Below, in pieces: positions 43,194 through 54,272 of a stretch of 64,000 bases of DNA. This stretch comes from Alphaproteobacteria bacterium (GTDB lineage Bacteria; Pseudomonadota; Alphaproteobacteria; UBA828): positions 1 to 64,000 of the forward strand of contig CAXXVO010000021.1 of NCBI GenBank assembly GCA_963422645.2, in the 5' to 3' direction. Under the pieces are notes generated by a model. It was given only the letters and a program-made list of their open reading frames with translations. It had not been told where the DNA came from and did no database searches. Each line of letters opens with the position of its first letter. The stretch's first letter is position 1. The position numbers and the translations under genes are program-made.

Positions 43194-44584
43194 TCGGGTC
43201 GAAGACCGTCGGAGACAGGATCCGGGCCGATCTCTGCGTGATCGGTGCCGGTTCGGCGGGGCTCTCGCTCGCCGCAGGCGCGGTCCAGATGGGCGCCTCG
43301 GTGATCCTGATCGAGCAGTCCCGGATGGGCGGAGAATGCCTGAACACGGGCTGCGTGCCCTCCAAGGCGCTGCTGGCCGCCGCGGCGCGGGGCGACGACT
43401 TCGCCGCCGCTTACGAGCACATGCGGGGCGCCATCGCGGCCATCGAGCCGCACGATTCGGTCGAGCGCTTTAGCGGCCTCGGCGTCCACGTGGAGCTCGG
43501 CAAGGCCAAGTTCGTCGCGCCCCGATTCCTGGAGGTGGGCAGCACCAGCGTCACGGCGCGGCGCTTCATCATCGCCACCGGGTCCGCGCCTCTCGTCCCG
43601 CCGATCCCGGGCCTCGACACGGTGCCCTATCTCACCAACGAGACCCTCTTCGATTCGGCGCCGGAGCCGAGCCATCTGCTGGTGCTGGGCGGCGGTCCCA
43701 TCGGGGCCGAGATGGCGCAGGCCTTCCGCCGGCTCGGGGCCGAGGTCACGCTCTTCGAATCGAAGCGGCTGCTCGGGCGCGACGATCCCGAGCTTGCGGC
43801 CATCGTGCGCGCGCAGCTGATCGAAGAGGGCGTGACGGTCCATGAGGAGAACCGGGTCACGGCGGTCGAGGCCGGTGCCGACGGCGGCGTCACCATCACC
43901 TGCGGCGAGGGCGACGCGAGCCGGCGGATCAGCGGCTCGCACCTTCTGGTGGCGGCGGGGCGTCGGCCGAAGATCGACGGTCTCGGCCTGGAGAACGCGA
44001 AGGTCGCGATCAACGACGGCGAGCCGCTGGTGGATGCGCGCCTGCGCACGACCAACAAGCGCATCTTCGCGGCGGGCGACGTGGTGGGGCCCTACCGCTT
44101 CACCCACACGGCGAGCTATCAGTCGCGCATCATCATCACCAACGCGCTCTTCCGCCTCCCGGCGAAGGCTCGCTACAACGCGGTGCCCTGGGTCACCTAT
44201 ACCGACCCCGAGCTCGCCCACGTCGGCATGAGCGAGGCGGAGGCGCGCGCCAAGGGCCACGAGCTGCGCATCCTGCGCTTCCCCTTCGAGGAGAACGACC
44301 GCGCCATCGCCGAAGGCGCCACGGCCGGGTTGGTCAAGGTGGTCGCGACGAAGCGGGGCCGGGTGCTGGGCGCCTCCATCGTCGGCAAGCACGCGGGCGA
44401 GCTGATCCTGCCCTGGGTGCTCGCGGTGCAGTACCGGATCGGCGTCAGCAAGCTGGCGCAGGCGATCGTGCCCTATCCGACCATGAGCGAGGCGAGCGCG
44501 AGAGCCGCCGGCAGCTTCCACGCGCCGATGCTCTTCGGCCCGCGCACACGCCGCCTAGTCAGGCTACTCGCCCGATTAGGCTAG
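43151..44584 (+). CDS. Dihydrolipoamide dehydrogenase/mercuric reductase-like flavoprotein
   Basis: IGAGSAG, GGECLNTGCVPSK, GGGPIG and YPTMSE motifs; start uncertain. Confidence 0.88.
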   Translation: MGADARWVVGTKSVVGSKTVGDRIRADLCVIGAGSAGLSLAAGAVQMGASVILIEQSRMGGECLNTGCVPSKALLAAAARGDDFAAAYEHMRGAIAAIEPHDSVERFSGLGVHVELGKAKFVAPRFLEVGSTSVTARRFIIATGSAPLVPPIPGLDTVPYLTNETLFDSAPEPSHLLVLGGGPIGAEMAQAFRRLGAEVTLFESKRLLGRDDPELAAIVRAQLIEEGVTVHEENRVTAVEAGADGGVTITCGEGDASRRISGSHLLVAAGRRPKIDGLGLENAKVAINDGEPLVDARLRTTNKRIFAAGDVVGPYRFTHTASYQSRIIITNALFRLPAKARYNAVPWVTYTDPELAHVGMSEAEARAKGHELRILRFPFEENDRAIAEGATAGLVKVVATKRGRVLGASIVGKHAGELILPWVLAVQYRIGVSKLAQAIVPYPTMSEASARAAGSFHAPMLFGPRTRRLVRLLARLG

Positions 44585-44649
44585 GCGGGCGCCACTTGCG
44601 GCCTCTATAGTCGGGGCGGCGAAGCAACAGGCGATCGCTCCGGGACGCT

Positions 44650-46093
44650 TTGGCTGGGTTTTCCCTTTCGGTGGTGTCGCGAGCGGCCCGCGGCCTCTCG
44701 GCGCGGCTGCTGGTGCTCACGATATTCTTCGTCCTCCTGGGCGAGGTCTTCATCTACGTCCCCTCGATTGCGCGCCACCGCCTGGTCTTCCTCGAAGAGC
44801 GGATCGAAGCCGCGCGGATCGCGGCGCTGGCGGTGGAGGCGTCGCCCGACGGGATGGTGACCGAGGAGCTTCGCGCTTCCCTGCTGGAGCGCGCGGGAGT
44901 CTCAGCGGTCTCCATCAAGCGGCCGGGCTCGCGGCGGCTAGTGCTCGCCGCCAACATGCCCCTCACGGTCGACGCGAGCTTCGACCTGCGCGAGGCGACG
45001 CCGATGGGCCTGATCGGGCACGCGGCCGATGCGCTGCAGAAGGGCGGCGAGCGCACGATCCGCGTCATGGGCACCGCCCCCGGCGATCCGGCCGACACGG
45101 TGGTCGATGTCGTGCTGCCGGAAGCCCCCTTGTTCGCCTCGATGCTCGACTATTCGGGGCGAATTCTGTGGCTCTCGATCATTCTCGCATTCGTCGTCGC
45201 CGGCCTGGTCTATCTCTCGCTGCACTGGCTCATGGTGCTGCCGCTCGGCCGCATGACCGACAGCCTGGTCTCGTTCCGCCGCGCGCCGGAGGATACCGCT
45301 GCGACCGTCAAGGTGAGCGGCAGGCGTGACGAAATCGGCCTCGCCCAGCGGGAACTGCAAGTCATGCAGCGGCGCGTGCGGGCGGCGCTCCGCCAGCGGG
45401 CGCGGCTCGCCGCGCTCGGCGCCGGCGTGGCCAAGATCAACCACGACCTCCGCAACATGCTGGCCACCGCCGCCGTGCTGACCGACCGCCTGGCAATGGC
45501 ACGCGACCCGGAGGTGCAAAAGCTCTCGCTGCCGCTGGTCGCCGCCATCGACCGGGCCATCGCGCTCTGCACGCAAACGCTGAGCTTTGCGACGGGCCGC
45601 CTGCCGGCGCCGCGCCGCGCGGCGTTCGCGTTGGCGCCGCTGGTCGATGAGGTGCGGGCGGCGCTCCCCGTCGACGAGGATTCGGTCGACTGGCGCAACG
45701 AGGTGCCGCCGGAGCTGAGCGTGAGCGCCGACCGTGACCAACTCTATCGGGTCCATCAGCAACCTGACCCAGAACGCGGTGCAGGCGCTGGCCTGCCGCG
45801 ACGGGGGCGGGACGGTGCGGATCGGCGCCTGGCGTGACGCGGGCGAAACCCTTGTCGAGATCGCGGATAGCGGGCCCGGCATTCCCGCTCCGGTGCGCGA
45901 CCACCTGTTCGAGGCCTTTGCGGGCGACGGCAAGAGCGACGGCACCGGCCTCGGCCTCGCCATTGCCCGTGACCTCGTGCGCAACCACGGCGGTGACATC
46001 AGTCTTGAGCGGTCCGACTCGGCTGGCACTGTCTTCAGGCTGCGCTTGCCTGATCCTTCCGAGCAGGGAGACGCCGGCAGGCAGGAGGCGTAA
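44650..46093 (+). pseudogene. Sensor histidine kinase split by a +1 frameshift near 45754
   Basis: KINHDLRN H-box in one frame; SNLTQNA, DSGPGI and GTGLGLAI in the next; junction CGGGTCCATCAGCAAC. Confidence 0.8.
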
Positions 46094-46112
46094 TCGGGGC
46101 GGGGGCCTCGGC

Positions 46113-47855
46113 TCAGTGGCCGAGGGCGATGCCTTCGCGGCGCGGGTCGGCGCCGCCCTCGAGCACGCCGTCGCCCCGGCGAATGGCGTGCAGGCCGCTC
46201 ACCAGGGGCCGGATGCGCACGTCGTGGCCGAGCGCCTCAAGCGCGGGTGCGAGTCGTTCGAGATCGGTGCCCGCCTCCAGCTCGGTCGCGCCGTTCCGGT
46301 TGACGTGGCGGGGCAGGCTGAGCGCGGCCTGGGCATCGAGGCCCCAGTCGAGCAGGGCGACCACCGACTGGGCGACGAAGCCGATGATGCGCGACCCACC
46401 GGGCGAGCCGAGCGTGGCGATGAGCCGGCCCGCCTCGTCGAAGATCAGCGTCGGCGCCATGGACGAGCGCGGGCGCTTGCCCGGCTGCACGCGGTTCGCG
46501 ACCGGCCCGTGTTCGCCGGTGGGCGCGAACGAGAAGTCGGTGAGCTGGTTGTTGAGCAGAAACCCGGCCGCCATCAGGCGCGAGCCGAAGGCGCGCTCCA
46601 CGCTGGTGGTGAAGGAGAGGGCGTTGCCGCGCGAATCGACGACCGAGAGATGGCTGGTGGAGGCGAACTCCGGGGCCGCGGCATCGGCCCGCGCGAACCC
46701 TTCGGAGCCGGGCGGCGCGCCTGCTGCGGCCTCGCCCATCGCGCGATCGGGGTCGATCAGGAGGGAGCGCCGGCGCAGGTAGCCGGGATCGAGCAGGCCC
46801 GCCACCGGGACCGGCACGAAGTCCGAATCTGCCAGGTAGCGATTGCGGTCGGCGAAGGCGAGGCGGCTCGCCTCGCTGATCAGGTGGACGGACTTCACCG
46901 AGCCGGGCGCAAGTGCGGCAAGGTCGAAGCGCACCAGCAGCCTGAGGATTTGCAGCAATGTGACGCCGCCGGAGCTCGGCGGCCCCATGCTGCAGACCCG
47001 GTGGCGCCGGTAGTTGCCGCACACCGGCGGCCTCTCCTTGGCGCGGTAGCCGGCGAGGTCGGTGAGCGCGAGCGAGCCCGGATTCACAAGATCGTCCTGC
47101 ACGGCGGTGACGATCTGCGCCGCGATCGGCCCTTCGTGCAGCGCGTCTGCCCCTTCCTGCGCGATGGCGCGCATGGTCTTGGCATAGGCCGGGTTGACCA
47201 GCGTCTCGCCTGCGCGCCTCGGCTTCCCGTCTGGGTGGAAGAAGTAGGCGCGCGCGTTTCGAAAGCGCGCGAGATCGGGGTTATTTTCGATCATGTGTGC
47301 AAGCCGGGGCGAGATGGCGAAGCCGCGCTCGGCGAGGGCCTCGGCAGGCTCGAAGAGCTGCGCCCAGGGCGTTCGCCCATGGGCGCGGTGCGCTATCGCG
47401 AGCATCCGGACGACGCCCGGCACGCCGACCGACAGGCCTCCGACGGCGGCCTCCGGCCACGGGCGCGGCGTGCCGTCCGCAGCCAGGAACAGGGTATCGT
47501 CGACGGTGGCCGGCGCGGTCTCGCGCCCGTCGTAGCTTTCCACGGTCTCTCGCGCCGCGTCGTAATGGAGCAGGAATCCGCCGCCGCCAATGCCCGATGA
47601 TTGCGGCTCGACCAGGCCGAGCACCATTTGCGCCGCGATGGCCGCATCGATGGCAGCGCCGCCTGCGGCCAGGATGCGGGCGCCGGCCTCCGCCGCAGCC
47701 GGGTGCGCCGCCGCGATCATCGCGTTGCTTGCGCGGACCGGGGCGTCGGCTGCGTTGGCGCCGGAGGGCAGCGCCAAAACCGCCATCGCGAGAAGAAGCA
47801 GCGCGGAGGCTCTGGCCCATATCGCGCGCGGTCGACTGACCCGTTCTGCGCGCAT
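46113..47855 (-). CDS. ggt: Gamma-glutamyltransferase
   Basis: PQSSGIGGG, DGRETAP, TSHLSVVD, PGKRPRSSM and GSPGG motifs. Confidence 0.95.
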   Translation of the reverse strand: MRAERVSRPRAIWARASALLLLAMAVLALPSGANAADAPVRASNAMIAAAHPAAAEAGARILAAGGAAIDAAIAAQMVLGLVEPQSSGIGGGGFLLHYDAARETVESYDGRETAPATVDDTLFLAADGTPRPWPEAAVGGLSVGVPGVVRMLAIAHRAHGRTPWAQLFEPAEALAERGFAISPRLAHMIENNPDLARFRNARAYFFHPDGKPRRAGETLVNPAYAKTMRAIAQEGADALHEGPIAAQIVTAVQDDLVNPGSLALTDLAGYRAKERPPVCGNYRRHRVCSMGPPSSGGVTLLQILRLLVRFDLAALAPGSVKSVHLISEASRLAFADRNRYLADSDFVPVPVAGLLDPGYLRRRSLLIDPDRAMGEAAAGAPPGSEGFARADAAAPEFASTSHLSVVDSRGNALSFTTSVERAFGSRLMAAGFLLNNQLTDFSFAPTGEHGPVANRVQPGKRPRSSMAPTLIFDEAGRLIATLGSPGGSRIIGFVAQSVVALLDWGLDAQAALSLPRHVNRNGATELEAGTDLERLAPALEALGHDVRIRPLVSGLHAIRRGDGVLEGGADPRREGIALGH

Positions 47856-47908
47856 GGTTTCTGGCCGCTTGACGCGGCCCCGGCGCTTCACTAAGTGAAG
47901 CTGGCGGC

Positions 47909-47986
<78 letters not shown>

Positions 47987-48225
47987 CGCGCCTTCATGAA
48001 AGCGTACTCTGCCCCAGCCGGAGCGGTCCAAGGACCGCCACCTGAGCGGCGCGATCGAGCCACCACCTCCGAGTGTGCAATCGTCGAGAGCCATTAGTGA
48101 GCAATATTGTGGTAACTGCCCAGGTCGTCTGATTTGTCATTTTGGGCCAGTGGATTGAGGCGTTTCTCGTTCGGAGTTGGTGGAAAGGGCTTGACGGGAA
48201 TTTCGGGAAATGACTCAACAACGAC

Positions 48226-49731
48226 ATGAGCAATCCCGAGTCGCCGCGCGGCCCTTCGACGGGAGCAGCGCCCGAAACGCCCGCGCAGAAGATCGCCCGC
48301 CTGGAGGAGGAGAACGCCCGGCTTCGGGAGGAAAATGCCTGGCTTCGGCAGCAGAACGCGCGGCTGGAAGAGCAAGTCGCGCGTCTCGTCGAGCGCATCG
48401 AGGAGTTGGAGCGCCGTCTCGGCCTCAACAGCGGCAACAGCGGCAAGCCGCCTTCGAGCGATGGGCTGAGGAAGCCGAATTCGAAGCGGCGAACCCGAAG
48501 CCTGCGCGGCAAATCGGGCCGCAAGCCCGGTGGCCAGCCCGGCCACAAGGGCAAGACGCTGCGCCGCGCCGATCACCCGGATCGGGTGAAGGATCACGTC
48601 CCGGCTTCCTGCAAGGGATGCGGTTCGCCGCTTTCGGACGCGGCCAGGGCGGGAACGCCCGTCGCCCGCCAGGTGTTCGATCTGCCCGAGCCGAGCCCCC
48701 TGGAGGTGACCGAGCACCGGGCGCATGCCAAGTGCTGCGGGCATTGCGGGACGGTGACCCGGGCGGCGTTCCCCGACGGGGTGTCGGCGCCGGTGCAGTA
48801 CGGCCCGCGCATTGCCGGGGTGGCGGTCTACCTTCAGCACGCTCACTTCCTGCCGGAGGATCGGCTGTCGCAGGTGATGGCCGAGCTCTTCGGCGCGCCG
48901 GTGACGGCTGCGACGTTGGCGACGATGAGCGAGAGGGCGGCCGAGCGGCTGCGGGACGCGGCCTTGCACATACAGGACCTGGCGGCGGGCACGGCGCGGG
49001 TGAAACACATGGACGAGACCGGCTTGCGGATCGGCGGTCAGACGCAGTGGCTTCATGTGATCTGCACGCCGCTGCTGGCGGCGTACCGGGTCAGCGGCAA
49101 GCGCGGCGCCCTGCTCTCGGGTGTCTCCGGCATCGTCGTGCACGATCACTGGAAGCCGTACTTCGCGATGGAAGGGGTGGAGCACGGCCTGTGCAACGCC
49201 CATCACCTGCGGGAGTTGCAGGCGCTGGTGGACATCGAAGGGGAGGCTTGGGCCCGGCGGATGCAGCAGCTCCTGCGCCGAGCCAATCGCGCCGCCCGCA
49301 TCGCGCTGGACAAGGATATCGCCGTTCCGGCGAGGCTTGTGGCGCTGATCGAGCGCCGATACGACGAGATCATCGCCGATGCGCTGGCCTTTCACGAGAG
49401 CCAACCACCGTTCTCGCCTGGCAAGAGGAAGAAGCGCCGGAAGCGAAGGATCGGTCACAATCCGGCCTTGAGGCTGCGCGACCACAAATGCGCGGTGCTC
49501 CGGTTCCTGATCGACCTCGAGGTCGGGTTCACGAACAACGAGGCCGAGCGCGACCTTCGGATGATGAAGCTGCGCCAGAAGATCTCCGGGGGCTTCCGGT
49601 CCGCGCAGGGGGCCGAGAACTTCGCCATCCTGCGCAGCGTCATCACCACCGCCAGAAAGCAGGGCTGGAATATCATCGAAGCCCTGACCAGCCCATCGGA
49701 TCGGCTCATCGCCACCGTCAAGTGCGCGTAA
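48226..49731 (+). CDS. IS66 transposase TnpC
   Basis: Protein identical to 7723-9228 except one L>P (nt 49463). Confidence 0.95.
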   Translation: MSNPESPRGPSTGAAPETPAQKIARLEEENARLREENAWLRQQNARLEEQVARLVERIEELERRLGLNSGNSGKPPSSDGLRKPNSKRRTRSLRGKSGRKPGGQPGHKGKTLRRADHPDRVKDHVPASCKGCGSPLSDAARAGTPVARQVFDLPEPSPLEVTEHRAHAKCCGHCGTVTRAAFPDGVSAPVQYGPRIAGVAVYLQHAHFLPEDRLSQVMAELFGAPVTAATLATMSERAAERLRDAALHIQDLAAGTARVKHMDETGLRIGGQTQWLHVICTPLLAAYRVSGKRGALLSGVSGIVVHDHWKPYFAMEGVEHGLCNAHHLRELQALVDIEGEAWARRMQQLLRRANRAARIALDKDIAVPARLVALIERRYDEIIADALAFHESQPPFSPGKRKKRRKRRIGHNPALRLRDHKCAVLRFLIDLEVGFTNNEAERDLRMMKLRQKISGGFRSAQGAENFAILRSVITTARKQGWNIIEALTSPSDRLIATVKCA

Positions 49732-50394
49732 GCTCACCTGGCACGGGTTCTCCAACAGCGGAGCCATTCTCATAAACGATCATGGTCGACGCCGTGCTGG
49801 ACCACCCCATAGAATGAAAATCGGTGCCCGTCGCGCGGGCGGACTTCGGGCCACATCGGGGTAGCTTACCGGTCGCAGTCCGCAAGAGGGGCATCGTGAG
49901 CTGTGAAACCCGGCGACCCCAGAGGAGCACACGGGCGTCGCGTGGGTAGCGTTGTGCCGAATCCCAGAGAATTTTCGTAACTGCCCAGGTACCCCCTCTC
50001 TCTTATGGAACAAGCCAGTTCCTTTTGCGTCAACGCCCCCACGCCGCGGGGGTGCCTACTCTCTTGAGCGCGAGAGGATGATGAACGCCGCGTCGCGAAC
50101 AAGATGAGAGGACAGCGATACTCAGGATGAGCCGGAGAAGTTCAGGAGCGCAGTATAGGGATCAGCTGCATCGGTTCCGGGTGCGCCAGGATTTGCAGGA
50201 TGTTCCAGCCTTGCTTTCGAGCGGTGACGATGACGCTGCGCATTCCGGCGAAGTTGCAGGCGCCTTGCAGGGAGCGGAAGCCGCCTGAGATCTTCTCATG
50301 CACTTTGTTCATACGGATGTCACGCTCCGCCTCGTTATTCGTGAACGGCGTGCGCAGGTCGGTGAGGAAGCGCAGGCAGCCCTCCTTATGCTTT

Positions 50395-51423
50395 GGCTCA
50401 ATTCGTGAATCGTATGCATTGTGATAGAATCTTTCCCGGTTCGCCTTGGAGGTCAGGCAGATGGATCACGAGCGGTTTCGGGACTGGTTCTCGCGTGTCG
50501 ATGAGTTGACGGCGGCGCAGCGCAAGGAGGTCGGGGCGGTGCTGTCGGAGCCTCCGGAGGGCGCGGCCTCGCTGGCGGCGATCGAGCTGGGCGTGGATGA
50601 CGAGCGGCGCTGTCCGCATTGCGGCGCAGGCGGGGCGGTGTCGCGGGGCAAGGCGCGAGGTCTTCGCCGCTTCCGGTGCAAGGACTGCGGGAAGACCTTC
50701 GGTGCACTCACGGGCACGGCGCTGTCAGGGCTGCACCACAAGGAGCGCTGGCTGGCCTTCGGCGCCTCGCTTGCCGAGGGCGAGACGATCAAGGAGTCCG
50801 CCGAGCGCTGCGGGATTGCGCCGAGCACGGCGCATCGCTGGCGCCACCGCTTCCTGGCGGCGGTTCGGCAAGCGCCGGACCGGCTTGCCGGGATTGTCGA
50901 GGCCGACGAGACCTTCGTTCTCGAGAGCCGCAAGGGGGAGCGGAAGCTGGATCGCAAGCCGCGCCGTCGCGGCGGCAAGGCCCGCAAACGCGGCCTCTCG
51001 CGCGAGCAGGTGCCGATCCTGGTCGCCGCCGACCGTGCGGGCGAGACCCTCAGCCATAGCCTGCCCGCCCTCAACGCAAAGAGCGTGAAGGAGGTGCTGG
51101 AGCCGGTCGTCGCAGCGGATGCGCTGCTCGTCTCCGACGCCAAGCGCTGCTATCCGCCCGTCGCGGCGGCGCTCGACATCCCTCACGAGAGCATCAACGC
51201 TTCTGCTGACGAGCGGGTCCGGGGCGCGCTGCACATCCAGACGGTCAATAGCCGCCACAGCCAGATTAAGGGCTTTCTGCGCAGGCGGCGCGGCATCGCC
51301 ACCAAGTACCTGGACAGCTATCTGAGGTGGTTCCATCTCATCGAACTCGGCGGTCAGCCATCGCCCAGAGCGTGCCTCGAGGCGGCGATGGCCAGACCGC
51401 GCCTACGCTTTGCGAATTGAGCC
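50395..51423 (+). mobile_element. IS1595-family element
   Basis: TIR GGCTCAATTCG; TSD TATGCTTT (50387-50394, 51424-51431). Confidence 0.95.
50461..51420 (+). CDS. IS1595 transposase
   Basis: CPHC/CKDC Zn ribbon, VEADET, HIQTVNSRHS and GIATKYLDSYL motifs. Confidence 0.93.
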   Translation: MDHERFRDWFSRVDELTAAQRKEVGAVLSEPPEGAASLAAIELGVDDERRCPHCGAGGAVSRGKARGLRRFRCKDCGKTFGALTGTALSGLHHKERWLAFGASLAEGETIKESAERCGIAPSTAHRWRHRFLAAVRQAPDRLAGIVEADETFVLESRKGERKLDRKPRRRGGKARKRGLSREQVPILVAADRAGETLSHSLPALNAKSVKEVLEPVVAADALLVSDAKRCYPPVAAALDIPHESINASADERVRGALHIQTVNSRHSQIKGFLRRRRGIATKYLDSYLRWFHLIELGGQPSPRACLEAAMARPRLRFAN

Positions 51424-52713
51424 TATGCTTTTGAAGGCGGCGCGCGAGGTTGTGGCCGATGCGGCGTTTCTTTCGCCCTCGCTTTGCGATCTGGAGCGGC
51501 GGTTGGGCCTCATGGAAGGCGATGGCTTCTTCGAGGATACGGTCCCATGCCCTTGAGATGCGGGCCACCAGGGAGGCGGGGACTTGACGGTCTTTCTCAC
51601 GGGCGAAGCGGGCGGCCCTGCGCGCGCGCTGAAGCAGGCGGTGCATGCTCGCCGCCCATTCCTCCTTCTCGATGTCGATCAGGGCCTGGAGTTCGCGCAG
51701 GTGATGTGCGTTGCAGGCGCCGTGGCGGACGCCCTTGATGGTGAAGTAGGGGGCGAAGTCGTCGTGGACGAGGATGCCTTTCAGGTTCTTTTCGACATCG
51801 CCGCGTCCCTCGCCGATGCGCAGGACGGTGAGCAACGGGGTGCACAGCACATGGAGCCAGCGGGTACGGGCGGCGATACGCAGGCCGGTCTCGTCGAGGT
51901 GCTTGACCGGCGCCTGCGTGCGGATCAGATCGGCGACATGGTCGAGGAAGCCCTCGAAGCGCTGCGCTGTGCGCCGGCCCATGGCGGCGATCGTGGCAGT
52001 GGAGATGGACACCGCGAAGATGTCGCTCATGAGTTCGGCCAGACGCTTCTCGGGCACGAACTGGGCGTACAGCAGGTAACTCACCCAAGCGGTGATGCGA
52101 GGGCCGTACTGGACCGGGGCGGTGACGCCCGGCGGGAAGGCGGCTCGTGTCAGCGTGCCGCATGCGCCGCAGAGGCAGCGATGGGCGCGGTGTTCGGTGA
52201 CCTCGAGAGGCTGCGGCTCGGGTACGTCGAAGACCTGCCGACAGGCGGGCGCGCCTTGCCGGTCGGCGTCCGAGAGCTCGACGCCACAGCCGGAACAGGT
52301 GGAGGGGTGGTGATCGACGACACGGTCCGGGCTGTCGCTCCGCGCGAGGGTGGTTCCCTTGTGGCCGGGCTGGCCGCCACTGGGCCCGCCGGACTTTCCG
52401 CGCTGGCTTTGGGTGCGCCTCTGGGCTCCGCTTTTCTTCTTGAGCCCGTCGCTGGCGGGGGGCTTGCTGCTTGTGGTGCTGTTGAGGGCCGCGCTGCGCT
52501 CGAGTTCGGCGATGCGCTCGCGCAGGGCCGCGTTCTCCTGCTCGAGTGCGGCATTTTCCCGGGCGAGCGCGGTGGCTGATCGCAGCAGCCCCTGCCCCCA
52601 TTCCCGGACGGCAACGACGACAGTGGTTGCGAGGGATGATGGCTCGAGAAGCTCCTTCAGGCAGCAGAAGGCCTCGTTACGGGCGGCGAGGTCTTCGTGC
52701 CAGTGCGACACCG

Positions 52714-53379
52714 TCACGTGTCTTCGGCCTCGACGGCCATCATGGCGGCGAGCACGGCGAGGCGTTCGCCCGGCGGCAAGGCCTGGTAGCGCCGGCCCCA
52801 GTTGGCTGCCTTGCGCTTGATGCGCTGGCGGTCGGTGAAGTTCCGGCCTGCGTGGCTGGCCCAATGCATCCGGTCGGGGGCGTAGTTGAACCAGACGACC
52901 TCGGTTCGCACCAGACCCTGGGTCGTGACCTGCAGCGCCAGCCGGCGCCATCCCGCCAGCACCTCGTCATAGAGCGCCGACGGATGGCCCGAGATCATGA
53001 CCTGGCAGGGCAGAGCCTTGAGCAGCGCGAGAAGCGCGACGTGGCCGGCCTCCTCGTACTCGAAGCGGTAGCGCTGCGCCGAGCGGCGGGTCGCGTGCAG
53101 ATAGGGCGGATCGCTGTAAACCAGCTCCGGGCCCAGGAACGGGAACGAGGCCAGGAAGTCATGGGCACAGCCGTGAACCAGATCGACCGGGTAGTCGCAG
53201 ACGAAGGCCTCGAGCGCCTGCGCATCGCGGTCGATGCCGATCGAACGCACGGCCGGCGGCTTGCGCTTCATCAGCGCCCCGCCCCCAAGGTGGCTTTCGA
53301 TGTAGACGGAGTGCGGCGGCATCAGCGCAATCAGCGCTTGGCACAGACCTGCTGTCGCCTTCGAGCCGAAATACCCCAT
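52714..53379 (-). CDS. DNA adenine methyltransferase, second identical copy
   Basis: Same 221-aa protein as 17301-17966; DPPY motif. Confidence 0.85.
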   Translation of the reverse strand: MGYFGSKATAGLCQALIALMPPHSVYIESHLGGGALMKRKPPAVRSIGIDRDAQALEAFVCDYPVDLVHGCAHDFLASFPFLGPELVYSDPPYLHATRRSAQRYRFEYEEAGHVALLALLKALPCQVMISGHPSALYDEVLAGWRRLALQVTTQGLVRTEVVWFNYAPDRMHWASHAGRNFTDRQRIKRKAANWGRRYQALPPGERLAVLAAMMAVEAEDT

Positions 53380-53748
53380 GGACCGCTCCCGTCACGCGAG
53401 AGAGCAGTCCATAGTCCCGCAACTCTATGAGGTCAAGAACCAATCGCGGTGGCAGAACCAGGCCGCGGCCGCCGCCATAATCACCGTCCTCAACTCAGGA
53501 TTGGGGTACCTGGGTAGTTACGAATTTTCACAGCAAGAACCTGGGCAGTTACATATTGTGTTGCCGATGTGGCTTGCCAATCGACCGCTCGTATAGCAGC
53601 GTTGCCGTGACGGCCGTTGACGCAATCGAGCCTCATGTTCCGAGACTGGGCGCCAGGCGAGCCGCGACAGAGGAGGACCGCGTGGGAAGGGCACCGGCCG
53701 ACGCGACATCACAGCCCGCGCGATCCCATACCGAGCGAGGACCGAAGA

Positions 53749-54171
53749 GTGAGCGCGAATCTCACACTCAATATGGAGGCGCAGCTCAACGAGATCGAGC
53801 GTATTCAGGCGGCGGTCAATATCTTGTCGCAAGCCGAGAACTGGCCTCCCGAGCTTCTGTATCAAATCGAGCTCGTGCTCGAAGAGATCGGCACCAATAT
53901 CATTAAGTACGGTCAGGACGGCGAGCGGGAGACGGAGATCCAGATTACTCTGACCTCCGACAGCAAGTCTCTCACCATGGAAATCGTCGACACCGGCAAG
54001 CCCTTCGATCCCTTCGCCGAAGCGCCGCCGCCGGATCTCGAGTCGGACATCCCGGAACGCCCGATCGGCGGGCTCGGCGTCTATCTCGTGCACCAGCTCA
54101 TGGACGAGGCCAGCTATCGGCGCGAAGACGGCATGAACAAGGTGACTCTCGTCAAGCACAAGTCGTTATGA
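53749..54171 (+). CDS. RsbW-like anti-sigma factor / ATP-binding protein
   Basis: EEIGTNIIKYG, DTGKPFDP and IGGLGVYLV motifs. Confidence 0.88.
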   Translation: MSANLTLNMEAQLNEIERIQAAVNILSQAENWPPELLYQIELVLEEIGTNIIKYGQDGERETEIQITLTSDSKSLTMEIVDTGKPFDPFAEAPPPDLESDIPERPIGGLGVYLVHQLMDEASYRREDGMNKVTLVKHKSL

Positions 54172-54272
54172 CGCGCCCGCCTTGCGCCCCCGGGACTCCG
54201 CCGATCGCGGTTGCTGCCGTGCGGGCTTCAGTGCTCTGAATCTGCGCCGGGGGCGGCGTGTGGTCCCCGTTC

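Larger units (their letters stand above)
50142..52717 (-). pseudogene. IS66 TnpC interrupted by IS1595
   Basis: Frame resumes after the IS: ...KHKEGCLRF...ARKQGWNILQ...ILRS*. Confidence 0.9.
49977..53521 (-). mobile_element. IS66 element B (MTase + tnpC), both ends present
   Basis: TIRs GTAACT(A/G)CCCAGGTACCCC; TSD GAATTTTC (49969-49976, 53522-53529). Confidence 0.95.
48112..53552 (+). mobile_element. IS66 element A copy 2 with nested insertions in its right end
   Basis: TIRs at 48112 and 53552; TSD ATATTGTG (48104-48111, 53553-53560). Confidence 0.95.

Noticed and set aside
43151-44584. merA call
   Set aside because: No C-terminal CC pair and no mer operon context
47987-48111. tRNA-His as an integrase attachment site
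   Set aside because: No duplicated tRNA 3' end or adjacent integrase seen; the insertion is an IS66 with its own TSD
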